The position numbers and the translations under genes were made by a program. The notes under the pieces are model-generated. The model did no database searches, was not told the origin of the DNA, and saw only the letters and a list, made by a program, of their open reading frames with translations. A stretch of 64,000 nt of DNA from Squalus acanthias (taxonomy: Eukaryota). The stretch spans positions 67,396,001 through 67,460,000 of the forward strand of contig CM059438.1 of assembly GCA_030390025.1 (NCBI GenBank). Direction: 5' to 3'. Positions 42,801-53,088 of this stretch are shown here, in pieces (position 1 is the first letter of the stretch; every line of letters begins with the position of its first letter).

Positions 42801-44831
42801 ACTCTCACAGGTGCTAGACTCTCTCTCACAGGTGCTAGACTCTCTCTCACAGGTGCTAGACTCTCTCACACAGGTGCTAGGCTCTCTCTCAGGTGCTAGA
42901 CTCTCTCTCACAGGTGCTAGACTCTCTCTCACAGGTGCTAGGCTCTCTCTCAGGTGCTAGACTCTCTCTCACAGGTGCTAGACTCTCTCTCACATGTGCT
43001 TGGCCCTCTCTCACATGTGCTAGGCTCTCTCACAGGGGCTAGACTCTCTCTCACATGGACTAGGCCCTCTCTCACAGGTGCTAGACTCTCTCTCACAGGT
43101 GCTAGGCTCTCTCACAGGTGCTAGACTCTCTCTCACAGGGACTAGGCCCTCTCTCACAGGTGCTAGACTCTCTCTCACAGGTGCTTGGCCCTCTCTCACA
43201 GGTGGTAGGCTCTCTCTCACAGTTGCTGGACTCTCTCTCACAGGTGCTTGGCCCTCTCTCACAGGTGCTAGGCTCTCTCACAGGTGCTAGGCCCTCTCAC
43301 AGGTGCACGGCTCTCTCTCAAAGGTGATAGCCCCTCTCTCTCCGGTTCTAGACTCTCTCTCTCAGGTGCTAGACTCTCTCTCACAGGTTCTAGACTCTCT
43401 CTCACAGATGCTAGACTCTCTCTCTCAGGTGCTAGACTCTCTCTCACAGGTGCTAGACTCTCTCTCACAGATGCTAGACTCTCTCTCTCAGGTTCTAGAC
43501 TCTCTCCCACAGGTGCTAGGCCCTCTCTCGCAGGTGCTAGACTCTCTCTCTCAGGTGCTCGACTCTCTCTCAGGTGCTAAACTGTCTCTCAGTTGCTAGA
43601 CCCTCTCTCACGTGCTAGACTGTCTCTCAGGTGCTAGACTGTCTCTCATGTGCTAGACTCTCTCTCACGTGCTAGACTGTCTCTCAGGTGCTTGGCCCTC
43701 TCTCATAGCTGCTAGACTCTCTCTCTCAGGTGCTAGACTCTCTCTCAGGTGCTGGACTCTCTCTCAGGTGCTAGACTCTCTCTCTCAGGTGCTGGACTCT
43801 CTCTCAGGTGCTAGACTCTCTCTCACAGGTGCTAGTCTCTCTCTCAGGTGCTAGACTCTCTCTCAGGTGCTGGACTCTCTCTCATGTGCTAGACTCTCTC
43901 TCACAGGTGCTAGACTCTCTCTCTCAGGTGCTAGACTCTCTCTCAGGTGCTAGACTCTCTCTCAGGTGCTAGACTCTCTCTCAGGTGCTGGACTCTCTCT
44001 CAGGTGCTGGACTCTCTCTCTCAGGTGCTAGACTCTCTCTCTCAGGTGCTGGACTCTCTCTCTCAGGTGCTGGACTCTCTCTCAGGTGCTAGACTCTCTC
44101 TCAGGTGCTAGACTCTCTCTCAGGTGCTGGACTCTCTCTCAGTTGCTGGACTCTCTCTCTCAGGTGCTAGACTCTCTCTCAGGTGCTAGACTCTCTCTCA
44201 GGTGCTGGACTCTCTCTCAGGTGCTAGACTCTCTCTCTCAGGTGCTAGTCTCTCTCTCAGGTGCTAGACTCTCTCTCAGGTGCTGGACTCTCTCTCAGGT
44301 GCTAGACTCTCTCTCACAGTTGCTAGACTCTCTCTCAGGTGCTGGACTCTCTCTCACAGGTGCTAGACTCTCTCAGGTGCTGGACCCTCTCTCAGGTGCT
44401 AGACTGTCTCTCAGGTGCTAGACCCTCTCTCAGGTGCTAGACTCTCTCACAGGTGCTAGGCCCTCTCTCACAGGTGCTAGACTCACTCTCTCAGGTGCTA
44501 GGCCCTCTCTCAGGTGCTAGACTCTGTCTCACAGGTGCTAGACTCTCTCTCAGGTGCTGGACCCTCTCTCAGGTGCTAGACTCTCTCTCAGGTGCTAGAC
44601 CCTCTCTCAGGTGCTAGACTCTCTCTCACAGGTGCTAGACTCACTCTCAGGTGTTAGACTCTCTCTCACAGGTGCTAGGCCCTCTCTCACAGGTGCTAGA
44701 CTCACTCTCTCAGGTGCTAGGCCCTCTCTCAGGTGCTAGACTCTCTCTCACAGGTGCTAGACTCACTCTATCAGGTGCTAGGCCCTCTCTCACATGTGCG
44801 AGATTCTCTTTCACAGGTACTTGGCCCTCTC
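6820..44831. repeat. ~38-kb minisatellite, consensus CAGGTGCTAGACTCTCTCTCA (21 nt), with 17/19/23-nt and GGCC/GGCT/GACC variants
   Basis: Continuous head-to-tail monomers with no foreign insertion seen. Roughly 1900 units, estimated as length divided by ~20. Confidence 0.99.
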
Positions 44832-45074
44832 CTGTGGCTGCCTGCTCCTCCATGCAGTCCACCCCACAGCACCCCTTGTTGGTGGCAGCTCCGGCTTGAT
44901 TTTGTGCTTCCATGTGGCGTGCAGAGTCGGGACGCCTGTTTGATCCCTTTCAGCTTGCCTGCCGAATATAAATAAGGCTGGGGCCTCAAAATGACAGGAC
45001 CTCTTCGCCGCCAGAATGTGCAACCAATCAGCAAGCTCTGCCAATCAGCCACCGAACAGACAAAATCTACCCCC
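44832..45074. mobile_element. Probable terminal part of a non-autonomous Harbinger-like element
   Basis: GC-richer segment ending AAAATCTACCCCC (revcomp GGGGGTAGATTTT), similar to other TIRs in the window. Partner end not found. Confidence 0.45.
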
Positions 45075-45763
45075 TTGACTTCTAGTTTGAATTTGGAAGT
45101 CCTCCATCAATTGTAACAACCCAAGAACATTTTTGAAATGTCATTGTTCAAGCAATCCTAACCTTCAATTTGTTAATTGTGTCCTCAGTGTGTTCTGCTC
45201 TTTCCCATTATCAGACTAATCACAAAAGTGCCCTTCTAACCCTCAATACCTGATTCAAGGTTGCTATAGTGACCAACCTTGTATGAATCGACTCAAAGTA
45301 TTGTTTGATATAGAGTAAAAAATCTACCAACTGTGAAAACAAAGAAAAAAAAACTAAAAATAATCAGAAGGCAACATTTTGATATAAAATGTTAAACTTT
45401 CCATGATATGCCCTTGACCATCATAAGAATGTGTTCACTGGAGTGGGGGCAGGGGGTAGCTGGTGTAAGCAGGCAGTATTTGAAAGTTGTGTCCACAATT
45501 TTACACTTGCTGCCTATGTTTCTGGCCTTTAGGTGTTACCTGGACACCAGAGATAGGAACAGTTGCTCACGCAACACAGTTCAGTTCTTATCTTGACTGG
45601 TTTGCAGAAGCAAGTGGTCCCAAAGAGTATTTATTTTGATTGGGTTGATGCCTCCATCAAATTAGCAGACGTGTAAATATTGGTATCACACGACTTGCCC
45701 AGAAAGTTTTAGAAAGCAATTTATATCATCTTTTGGAGACGACGCACGTGGAGTGTGACAGCT

Positions 45764-45870
45764 AGAAAGAACTTGCATTTATAAGAAAGAAAGACTTGCA
45801 TTTATATAGCGCCTTTCACGACCACCGGACGTCTCAAAGCGCTTTACAGCCAATGAAATACTTTTGAAGT
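45764..45870 (-). mobile_element. Deu-SINE (SacSINE1-like) 3' fragment
   Basis: AAAGAAAGACTTGCATTTATATAGCGCCTTTCACGACC...GCGCTTTACAGCCAATGAA is the reverse complement of the SINE tail at 58390-58480. Confidence 0.8.
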
Positions 45871-45904
45871 CTAGTGTTGACACCGATTTCTGTGACTAGA
45901 CCCT

Positions 45905-46023
45905 AGGGCTGATTTTAACTGATCCTGTGGCGTAACTAAGGCGCTAGCGAATCACCTACTCGCTATGCGCCTTGATCCGCTAGCGCCTATTCTCCGCCGC
46001 CACTGAAAGTTAAAATCAGCTCT
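45905..46023. mobile_element. Tiny MITE (~119 bp)
   Basis: Inverted ends AGGGCTGATTTTAACT / AGTTAAAATCAGCTCT match at 15 of 16; CpG-rich interior. Confidence 0.7.
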
Positions 46024-46264
46024 CCGATGGTCCAGACTATGTTCTGTAATATCTTTACTGTGCTGCATGACCCAAGGATAAGCAATGAGCCCACTTACAT
46101 CTGCATACCGCATTACATTGCAGCCATGTGCTATCGCAACCTTTTTCACTTTGACATAACATTCTTTTAACATTCACCTAAAACAAGCTAAAGATATCTG
46201 TTTGAAGCTAAATCAAAACATGCACCACAAAAGTTTTATCAACTATTAAAAGTACAATTGATAC

Positions 46265-46460
46265 AATAGAATAATACAGCACAGAAGGAGGCCATTTGGC
46301 CCATCGTGCCTACACCAGCTCTTTGAAAGAGCTATCCAATCAGCCATGCATAATTTTTCACCTTCAAGTGTTTATCCAATTCCCTTTTGAAAATTATTAT
46401 CGAATCTGCTTCCACCTCCCTTTTAGGCAGTGCATTCCAGATCATACCAACTCGCTGAGA
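46265..46460 (-). mobile_element. CR1 LINE 3' fragment
   Basis: ACAGCACAGAAGGAGGCCATTTGGCCCATCGTGCC...CTTTGAAAGAGCTATCCAAT; same family as 63283-63425. Confidence 0.75.
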
Positions 46461-47286
46461 AAGACCATAATGGGTAAATTACCCTTCAAAAGAACCGTTT
46501 CAACTGTGAAAGGAAGCTCCTCTATCTGCTAACTGTAAGGAATCGATGTGAAATCACACTGGGGCAGTCACAGTCCAGTTCTAAGTGGGCACAACACAAA
46601 ACTGATTATAATTAGCAATGCCACTCAGAAAGGTCATGCGCCTGTTGGTGCTGGAACTGGAAAAATACTGGTCCGTTGGGAGTTTGCAGGAGGGGGTGAG
46701 GTGGGCTCTCGCCTGCACTTGAAGATGAAAGCGTATTGTTGGGGCAGAGTAATTGGAGCTTCAATCTGCAGTTAGCTGTATTAGAAACATAGAAACATAG
46801 GAAAATAGGAGCAGGAGTAGGCCATTCGGCCCTTTGAGCCTGCTCCGCCATTCAATATGATCATGGCTGATCCTCTATCTCAATCCCATATTCCCACTCT
46901 CTCCCCATACCCTTTGATGCCTTTTGTGTCTAGAAATCTATCTATCTCCTTCTTAAATATATTCAGTGACTTGGCCTCCACAGCCTTCTGTGGTAGAGTA
47001 TTCCACAGGTTTACCACCCTCTGAGTGAAGAAATTTCTCCTCATCTCAGTCCTAAATGTCCTACCCCGTACCCTGAGACTGTGACCCCTTGTTCTAGACC
47101 CCCCAGCCAGGGGAAACATCCTCCCTGCATCCAGTCTGTCAGAATTTTATACGTTTCAATGAGATCCCCTCTCATTCTTCTAAACTCTAGTGAATACATG
47201 ATGTGGAGATGCCGGTGTTGGACTGGGGTGGACAAATGTGAGAAGTCGCACAACACCAGGTTATAGTCCAACAGCTTTATTTGAAA

Positions 47287-47323
47287 TCACAAGCTTTCGG
47301 AGCGCTGCTCCTTCGTCAGGTGA
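47287..47323 (-). ncRNA. Minimal type I hammerhead ribozyme motif
   Basis: Minus strand UCAC-CUGACGA-A-GGAGC(AGC)GCUCC-GAA-AGCU-U-GUGA: helix I UCAC/GUGA, helix II GGAGC/GCUCC, palindromic helix III. Confidence 0.8.
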
Positions 47324-47396
47324 AGTGAAGAGATGCATATAGTCACAGCATATATAGTCTGACTATATATGCTGTGACTATATGCATCTCTTCACT

Positions 47397-47433
47397 TCAC
47401 CTGACGAAGGAGCAGCGCTCCGAAAACTTGTGA
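47397..47433 (+). ncRNA. Minimal hammerhead motif, second copy, with a helix III mutation
   Basis: TCAC-CTGACGA-A-GGAGCAGCGCTCC-GAAAACTT-GTGA; A instead of G at 47426 breaks the AAGCTT palindrome. Confidence 0.65.
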
Positions 47434-47880
47434 TTTCAAATAAAGCTGTTGGACTATAACCTGGTGTTGTGCGACTTCTCACTAGTGAATACAGGCCTAG
47501 TCGACCCAATCTCTCCTCATACGACAGTCCTGCCATCCCAGGAATCAGTCTGGTGAACCTTTGCTGCACTCCCTCTATGGCAGGTATATCCTTTCTTAGG
47601 TAAGGAGACCAAAACTGCACACAGTACTCCAGGTGTGGTCTCACCAAGGCCCTGCATAACTGTATCTGGTGCTGTACGTGTTATTACCCCAGCACTAACA
47701 TCCCTCACTTTGATGAGACTAACAAAAACAAAAACATTTAAACAAAGGAAAAAGATCTGTTTCTCACTGCTAAACTTCAACTGTTTCTGTCTTCTCGCAC
47801 CAATTACAGTTTCCATTGTTTTGAATCATAACATAGGCCACACACGGAGAATGAAACAAAGTGCTTCATCGGATCAGATA

Positions 47881-47954
47881 CTAGAATTCAGAAGGTGCCG
47901 TTGTATTGTCGCTGAGCTGTGTTTTCAACTCCTTCATTTTTTGATCGGAAATCC
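47881..47954 (-). CDS. Weak candidate terminal coding exon
   Basis: Acceptor CTTCTGTGTCTGTAG, then xISDQKMKELKTQLSDNTTAPSEF* (alternative frame DFRSKNEGVENTAQRQYNGTF*). No homology recognised. Confidence 0.2.
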
Positions 47955-48242
47955 CTACAGACACAGAAGTGGGAAGCCAGGTAAGATTCACTTAATCCAA
48001 TTAAAGCATTCCATAAACTTGCCTGCAGAGGTGCAAAAGCTAATTGCCAACTCTCATCAAGCCATTAACCCACCTTGGAATTAAAATCAATAAATCTGAT
48101 CTACGATCAAAGAACACTGCTTCATTAAAAAAAAACTAATTAATTCAGAGTGTGTGGCACATTTCCAATTGTATATTTTGTATTTGCAAAAAAAATCTGC
48201 TTATCAAGTATATGCTGGAAAATGGATTACTGTCTCCATTTT

Positions 48243-48471
48243 ACAACAATAACTTACATTTATGTAGCACATTTAATGTAGCAACACTTCCCATGGTGCT
48301 TCACAGGAGCGATTATCAAACAAAATTTGACAGCGAGCCACATAAGGGGATATTAGGGCAGATAACCAAAAGCTTGGTCAAAGAAGTAGGTTTTAAGAAG
48401 CGTCTTAAAGGAAAAAAGAGGCGGAGAGGTTTAGGGAGGGAATTCCAAGAGTTAGGGCCTCGGCAGTTGAA
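48243..48471 (-). mobile_element. L2-like LINE 3' end
   Basis: Reverse-strand homologue of 3150-3385 (ACCAAAAGCTTGGTCAAAGAAGTAGGTTTTAAG...GGGAATTCCA). Confidence 0.8.
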
Positions 48472-49334
48472 TGTTAGCACCTTCTATCAGCAGGTGTAGC
48501 ACAGACAGCTTCAGAATAAAGGATCCTCCACTTGGCCCCTGTATAAACTTTCACATTTTCCACACTAACTGCCCTTGGGACCTCTTCAGTTGAGACTGCC
48601 AATTCGCACTTAATTACGGGCAATTTTTTTAACACGGGCTGGTTGACAGGGGTCCCTTCCCCTCGACGGACAGTCATTCAAAGGTACTTCAGCCAATCTG
48701 ACTTTGTTCCCAATTGCGAAGTATTAATGCAGTCAGCCTTTAGGAGACTTCAGGATCACATGCAATTCAGCCTGTGTTTCAGTTGTCTCCTACTTACGGG
48801 AGATTATATTGGATGCTCAAATAGATCAGGATCTTACCCTGATTAATTGACTGGCAATGTCAAAACCAGTTATTGTAAGCGATTCTTTTGCCTCTGCATG
48901 CTGGTCGGATGGCGTGAGCCTTTATTCCCTTGTGTAAAATACTAATAAGGAATAATAAGCCACTATATCGAGCTTCAAGTCACTGCTATTTCTTTAATGT
49001 TGCAGTTAAGGAAGGCAGCCATTTCGTAAGACCTCAAGCTATTGTTAATGCACAGCTAGGCTTTTGCAAGGATAACGGGCTCAAGGATAATGTGAGCAAA
49101 ACAGCAACATTCACAAGTATCTGTTTTCAGGGCATTGGGATGAAGATTTCAAACCAATTTTATCTGTGACCTTTGGGTCCTTTAGCTCCGATTGCCTAAT
49201 ACTTCAAGATAGCGAATCTGCTTGTTTGATACTATTCCAGAAATTGCAAATACTGAACTGAAATAGACTTTTAAATGCCCCACAAAAAGGCAATTACAAA
49301 GTCAAAGTCTTTATTTCAGGTAGTCACTGAAGGA

Positions 49335-49610
49335 CAACAGCTGCTTGCATTTATGCAGCACTTTTAATGTAGTAACTCGTTCTAAGGTGCTTCACAGGAG
49401 CATAATCAGGCAAAAAAAACTTGACACTGAGCCAAAGAAGGAGACACTAGAACAGGTGACTAAAAGCTTGGTAGGTTTTAAGGAGTATCTTAAAGGAGGA
49501 GAGAGAGGTTGATAGGCAGAGAGGTTTAGGGAGGGAATTCCAGAGCTGAGAGCCGAGACAGTTGAAGGCACGGCCGCCAGTGGTGGGGCAAAGGAAGTCG
49601 GGGATGCGCA
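49335..49610 (-). mobile_element. L2-like LINE 3' end
   Basis: CTTGCATTTATGCAGCAC...GGAGGGAATTCCAGAGC...GAAGGCACGGCCGCCAGTGGTG; same family as 3088-3385. Confidence 0.8.
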
Positions 49611-50242
49611 AAGGCATCATTTTCGCACGACTGAACTTATTAGGAAACTCGCATCAAAGATGCCTGTCACGGGTCGGGATTCAGTGACCATGTCCTAAAA
49701 TGCATTTTGAGCAGAAACTTGGCTAACAGTGGTTACCTGCTCCAGACAGTCCCACCTTGAGTTGTCAATCCAGTGGCAGTGAAGAGGTGTGTTAAATGCG
49801 GGATGAAGAGTTCCCAAACAATGGCCCATTTGTTAGCAAAATCCGGTCATTCAGGAGACATCTAGCACCTTGGGTTTGATAAATTTCTTTGATCGCTGCT
49901 AGTCTTTGAAGAGAGGCTTCTTAAAAATGAACACAGAATACTGTAAGGCAGCACAAAGGCTGAGAAAGGGGGGAAAGCAGCAGAAAGGCCATGAGGGAGA
50001 AATAACCTCTGCACTGTCGGCAGAGCGAATCTATCTTTCTACGTGACGGAAGAATCCTCCCAAGTTTGCGTGTTCTTCATTTTGTAAGGGTATGCAAACA
50101 GAAGTTGAATTGATTGTATCAAGTGACTTTCATCACACTCAATGTTCTGTATGTTGTTTCTACCATAGAATAAAGCTGGTTATGAACCAGCGCAAATGAC
50201 GCCTTGTCGAGTCTTAATTTGATCTGCCAGTGGAGAGATTAA

Positions 50243-50996
50243 GGGGGAAAAATTCAGTTGGTTTGCGCCTCCCGTTAGTGCCTTAAGAGGGCGCTAATGG
50301 GGCACAAAGCAACTAACGCCCGGGTGCAGCACCGCCCACGCCTACCGCGAAATTCAGCAGGAGGTTAGCGGCGGCGCTAACCGGTAGCGCCCTGTGGCGC
50401 TACGCCACCGGCAATGACGTCATCGCCGTGAACAGCGCTCCACTCGCGCTCCGGCCGCGATCTTCAGTAGCGCCCCTTGACTTAACGCCGGACGCTATGT
50501 CCAATGGGGTCAGGGGGGCCTACCTGCGGCCGGGGCGGCGCTAGTTAAAGGAGAGGTGGCGGGCGGCCATTTTTGTTGCTGGCTGCCTGCCAGCACCTGC
50601 CCCCATTGCTGTCCCCGGCCCCCGTGAAGCACCCCCCGCGAAGTGTCGGCTGCGCTCCAAGAGCCCGTCACTTCTCTTGAGTGCCGGGCTCTTTTGCCGG
50701 CACTATCGATCCCCGGGGGCCCAGCTGGGCCCCGGTTCGCACTGCGCAAGGCCCCTCCCCTTTCAGAAGTGAAGGAAGGCCTGCAATACCGCGGTGCGAT
50801 GTGCCGCAGCGCCTGGCGCTGCAGCACGTAGCGCCACGATATTGACTCGCAGCGCCCAAGAGGGATGCGGGGCACTTCCAGTAGCGCCCCGCTTCCCTCT
50901 TGGGGCGCAACCACTCAATTTCCAGCGCGGGGGCGCTAAAAGTAGCGCCCCAGCGAAGTTAGCGCCCCAAAGGGAGCGCGACTCAATTTTTCCCCC
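50243..50996. mobile_element. PIF/Harbinger-type MITE, 754 bp
   Basis: Perfect 12-bp TIRs GGGGGAAAAATT / AATTTTTCCCCC, TAA duplicated at 50240-50242 and 50997-50999, and many subterminal TAGCGCC motifs. Confidence 0.9.
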
Positions 50997-51444
50997 TAAA
51001 GGATTATACGTGCTTAAGATACAGAGAACTGGTCCAGATCACAAGGAAGTTTTAATGTTGCACTCCCACTCCCACACCAGCAGGTACAGGGTGGTGGGAG
51101 TCAACCTCTGTTAATAAAGCAGGACACCTGACCACTTAAGGGAGTGACTGACACCGCTGAATCTGAGTAGATAACTGCTGCATATTTGTAACAAAGTCAA
51201 ATAGTGTTTTCTAGTAACAACATCCAGATGTGAAGTCCACATCCACAGAGAATTCTGGATAGAGGTTCACATGTTCAATGTGCTGAGGGCTTTCTGAAAA
51301 TCTGACTAGGTTTTGGTCATTCATAGTCAAAGAACAAAGTTTAATGATGGATTTCTCTGCACAGAAGAATCCAACACATTAGACTTTCCCTCAAAGCAAA
51401 GTTGATAAAGAGAGATAGAAAAAAAGAGAGACAGAAAGAAAGAG

Positions 51445-51565
51445 TGAAAGGAAGGAAAGAAAGACATTGCATTTATCTCGTACTTTTCATGACCTCAGTA
51501 TTTCCCAAAGCATTTCACAGTAAATTAAGTACTTTTGAAGTGTAGTCACTGTTGCCATGTAGTGA
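51445..51565 (-). mobile_element. Deu-SINE 3' fragment
   Basis: AAAGAAAGACATTGCATTTATC...CATGACCTCAG...ACTTTTGAAGTGTAGTCACTGTTG. Confidence 0.75.
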
Positions 51566-52441
51566 AAACTATTAATTTCCTGCAGCATTTGCATCTATTC
51601 TGTGTGGGGGGAAAAAAATTTAATTACCATTGGGATGAGACTTAATATATGTATTCATTGAAGAGGAGACTATTCCTAAGTTATTGGAAGAAGCTTATAA
51701 TAAAGCACAGGAAAAATAAACTGTAAAGAGACCCAATTGTGCTTGACCTCTGTGGATGGACTGATCATTCAACTTTGTTGGAGTAGAGTTGAAGAGGTGG
51801 GGAACAGGGTGAAGCTGTAGGAAGCTGCAGTCAACACATTCAGTTCCTTTGGGCCAGAACTTCCATGTCATTTTCGGTGCAACAATGGTGTATGCATCAT
51901 GTTGCGCCACTTTTTCCTTAAAAAAATTTGCGGGTAAGTGACTTACTGATACCTTATGATGGAACCTTTCATCGTGCAAAGTTTCTCGATTATTTGCAGC
52001 ACTGTTCATAAGAGTTTTGCAGAAATAGAAAGAAGAAAGAAAGAGACTTACATTTATATAGTACGATAGCAAAATACTGCGAATGCTGGAAATCTATCTC
52101 CCGCACTTCTGCCCTCACCCCTGCCCCTCCCTCCCGGAACCACGATAGAGTTCCCCTTGTCCTCACCTTTCACCCCACCAGCCTCCACATTCAACGGATC
52201 ATCCTCCGCCATTTCCGCCACCTCCAGCGGGATCCCACCACCAAACGCATCTTCCCCTCACTTCCCCTTTCAGCATTCCGCAGGGACCGCTCCCTCCGCG
52301 ACACCCTAGTCCACTCCTCTGCCAACCCCCAGCACCCCTTCCCCTTCGCCCGGCACCTTCCCGTGCAAGCGCAGGAGATGCAACACATGCCCTTATACCT
52401 CCCCTCTTCCCACTGTCCAGGGCCCCAAACACCCCTTCCAG

Positions 52442-52771
52442 GTGAAACAGCGATTTACTTGTACTTCCTGCAATTTAGTATACTGTATTCGCTGCTCACG
52501 ATGTGGTCTCCTCTACATTGGGGAGACCAAACGCAGATTGGGTGACCGCTTTGCGGAACACCTCCCTTCAGTCCGTAAGGGGGACCCCGAGCTCCCGGTG
52601 GCCTGTCACTTTAATTCTCCGCTCCACTCCCACTCTGACCTCACCGTCCTCGGCCTATTACACTGTTCCACGGAAGCGCAGCGTAAGCTCGAGGAACAGC
52701 ACCTCATCTTTCGTTTAGGCACCCTACAGCCTTCTGGACTCAACATCGAGTTCAACAAATTTAGATCATAA
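52442..52771 (+). pseudogene. Penelope-type GIY-YIG endonuclease domain remnant
   Basis: FTCTSCNLVYCIRCSRCGLLYIGETKRRLGDRFAEH...VACHF...RKLEEQHLIFRLGTLQPSGLN; no RT upstream. Confidence 0.9.
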
Positions 52772-53051
52772 CCTCGACCCCTATCACATTTATATTTTAT
52801 TTTTTCATCCACCCTTTTGTTTGCCCCCTCCCCCTTTTGTTTCCTCCCAGAAGCTGGCAGCTGTCCTTCATTCTGCCAGTGCATTTCACACTTCATTTAG
52901 CCTCAACCTGTCACATCAACACCTCCTCTTGCCTTGATTATCTCTTAATGTCTCTCAAGGTCTCCTAATCTCTCCTTTTGTTCTTTCATCCCCTCCCCGT
53001 TTTCCCAGCTTTATGCTTGCTTTAAATCTATTTCATTTCCTGCTTTTTTCC

Positions 53052-53088
53052 AGTTCTGACGAAAGGTCTTCGACCTGAAACGTTAACT
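53052..53088 (+). ncRNA. Minimal type I hammerhead ribozyme motif
   Basis: AGTT-CTGACGA-A-AGGTC(TTC)GACCT-GAA-ACGT-T-AACT: helix I AGUU/AACU, helix II AGGUC/GACCU, palindromic AACGTT. Confidence 0.85.

Larger units (their letters stand above)
47199..47481. mobile_element. Penelope-like pLTR-derived palindromic insertion with 12-bp target-site duplication
   Basis: CTAGTGAATACA at 47187-47198 and 47482-47493. Arms 47239-47359 and 47361-47481 are inverted copies with one mismatch, and each holds a hammerhead motif. Confidence 0.85.
46782..47663 (-). mobile_element. CR1 LINE 3' part with (CATAGAAA)n-type tail, interrupted by a palindromic insert
   Basis: LVRPHLEYCVQFWSP...YEERLGRLGLYSL | EFRRMRGDLIETYKIL...TRGHSLR...FFTQRVVNLWN, split at 47199-47481. 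Confidence 0.93.

Noticed and set aside
6820..44831. CRISPR-like regular repeat
   Set aside because: There are no unique spacers and no cas genes, and the context is eukaryotic
7173..44899. Well over a hundred ORFs with LSQVLDS / LTGARLS / RESLAPV heptads resembling leucine zippers or LRRs
   Set aside because: They are translations of the 21-nt monomer. Frames shift at every 17/19/23-nt unit, plus-strand starts are mostly GTG/TTG, and they occur on both strands.
47199..47481. DNA-transposon MITE or pre-miRNA interpretation of the palindrome
   Set aside because: One end has a 40-bp unpaired extension, the TSD is 12 bp, and the arms carry hammerhead cores, which fits a Penelope-like origin better
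49735..49960. Minus-strand exon-like segment with good acceptor and donor
   Set aside because: Stops occur in all three frames
50243..50996. CpG-island promoter and GC-rich ORFs (also 54937-55788)
   Set aside because: The CpG-rich sequence is bounded exactly by TIRs and TSDs, so it is MITE sequence
51695..52072. 125-aa minus-strand ORF or possible exon (EKVAQHDAYTIVAPK...)
   Set aside because: It starts inside repeat sequence, has weak splice signals and shows no recognisable homology
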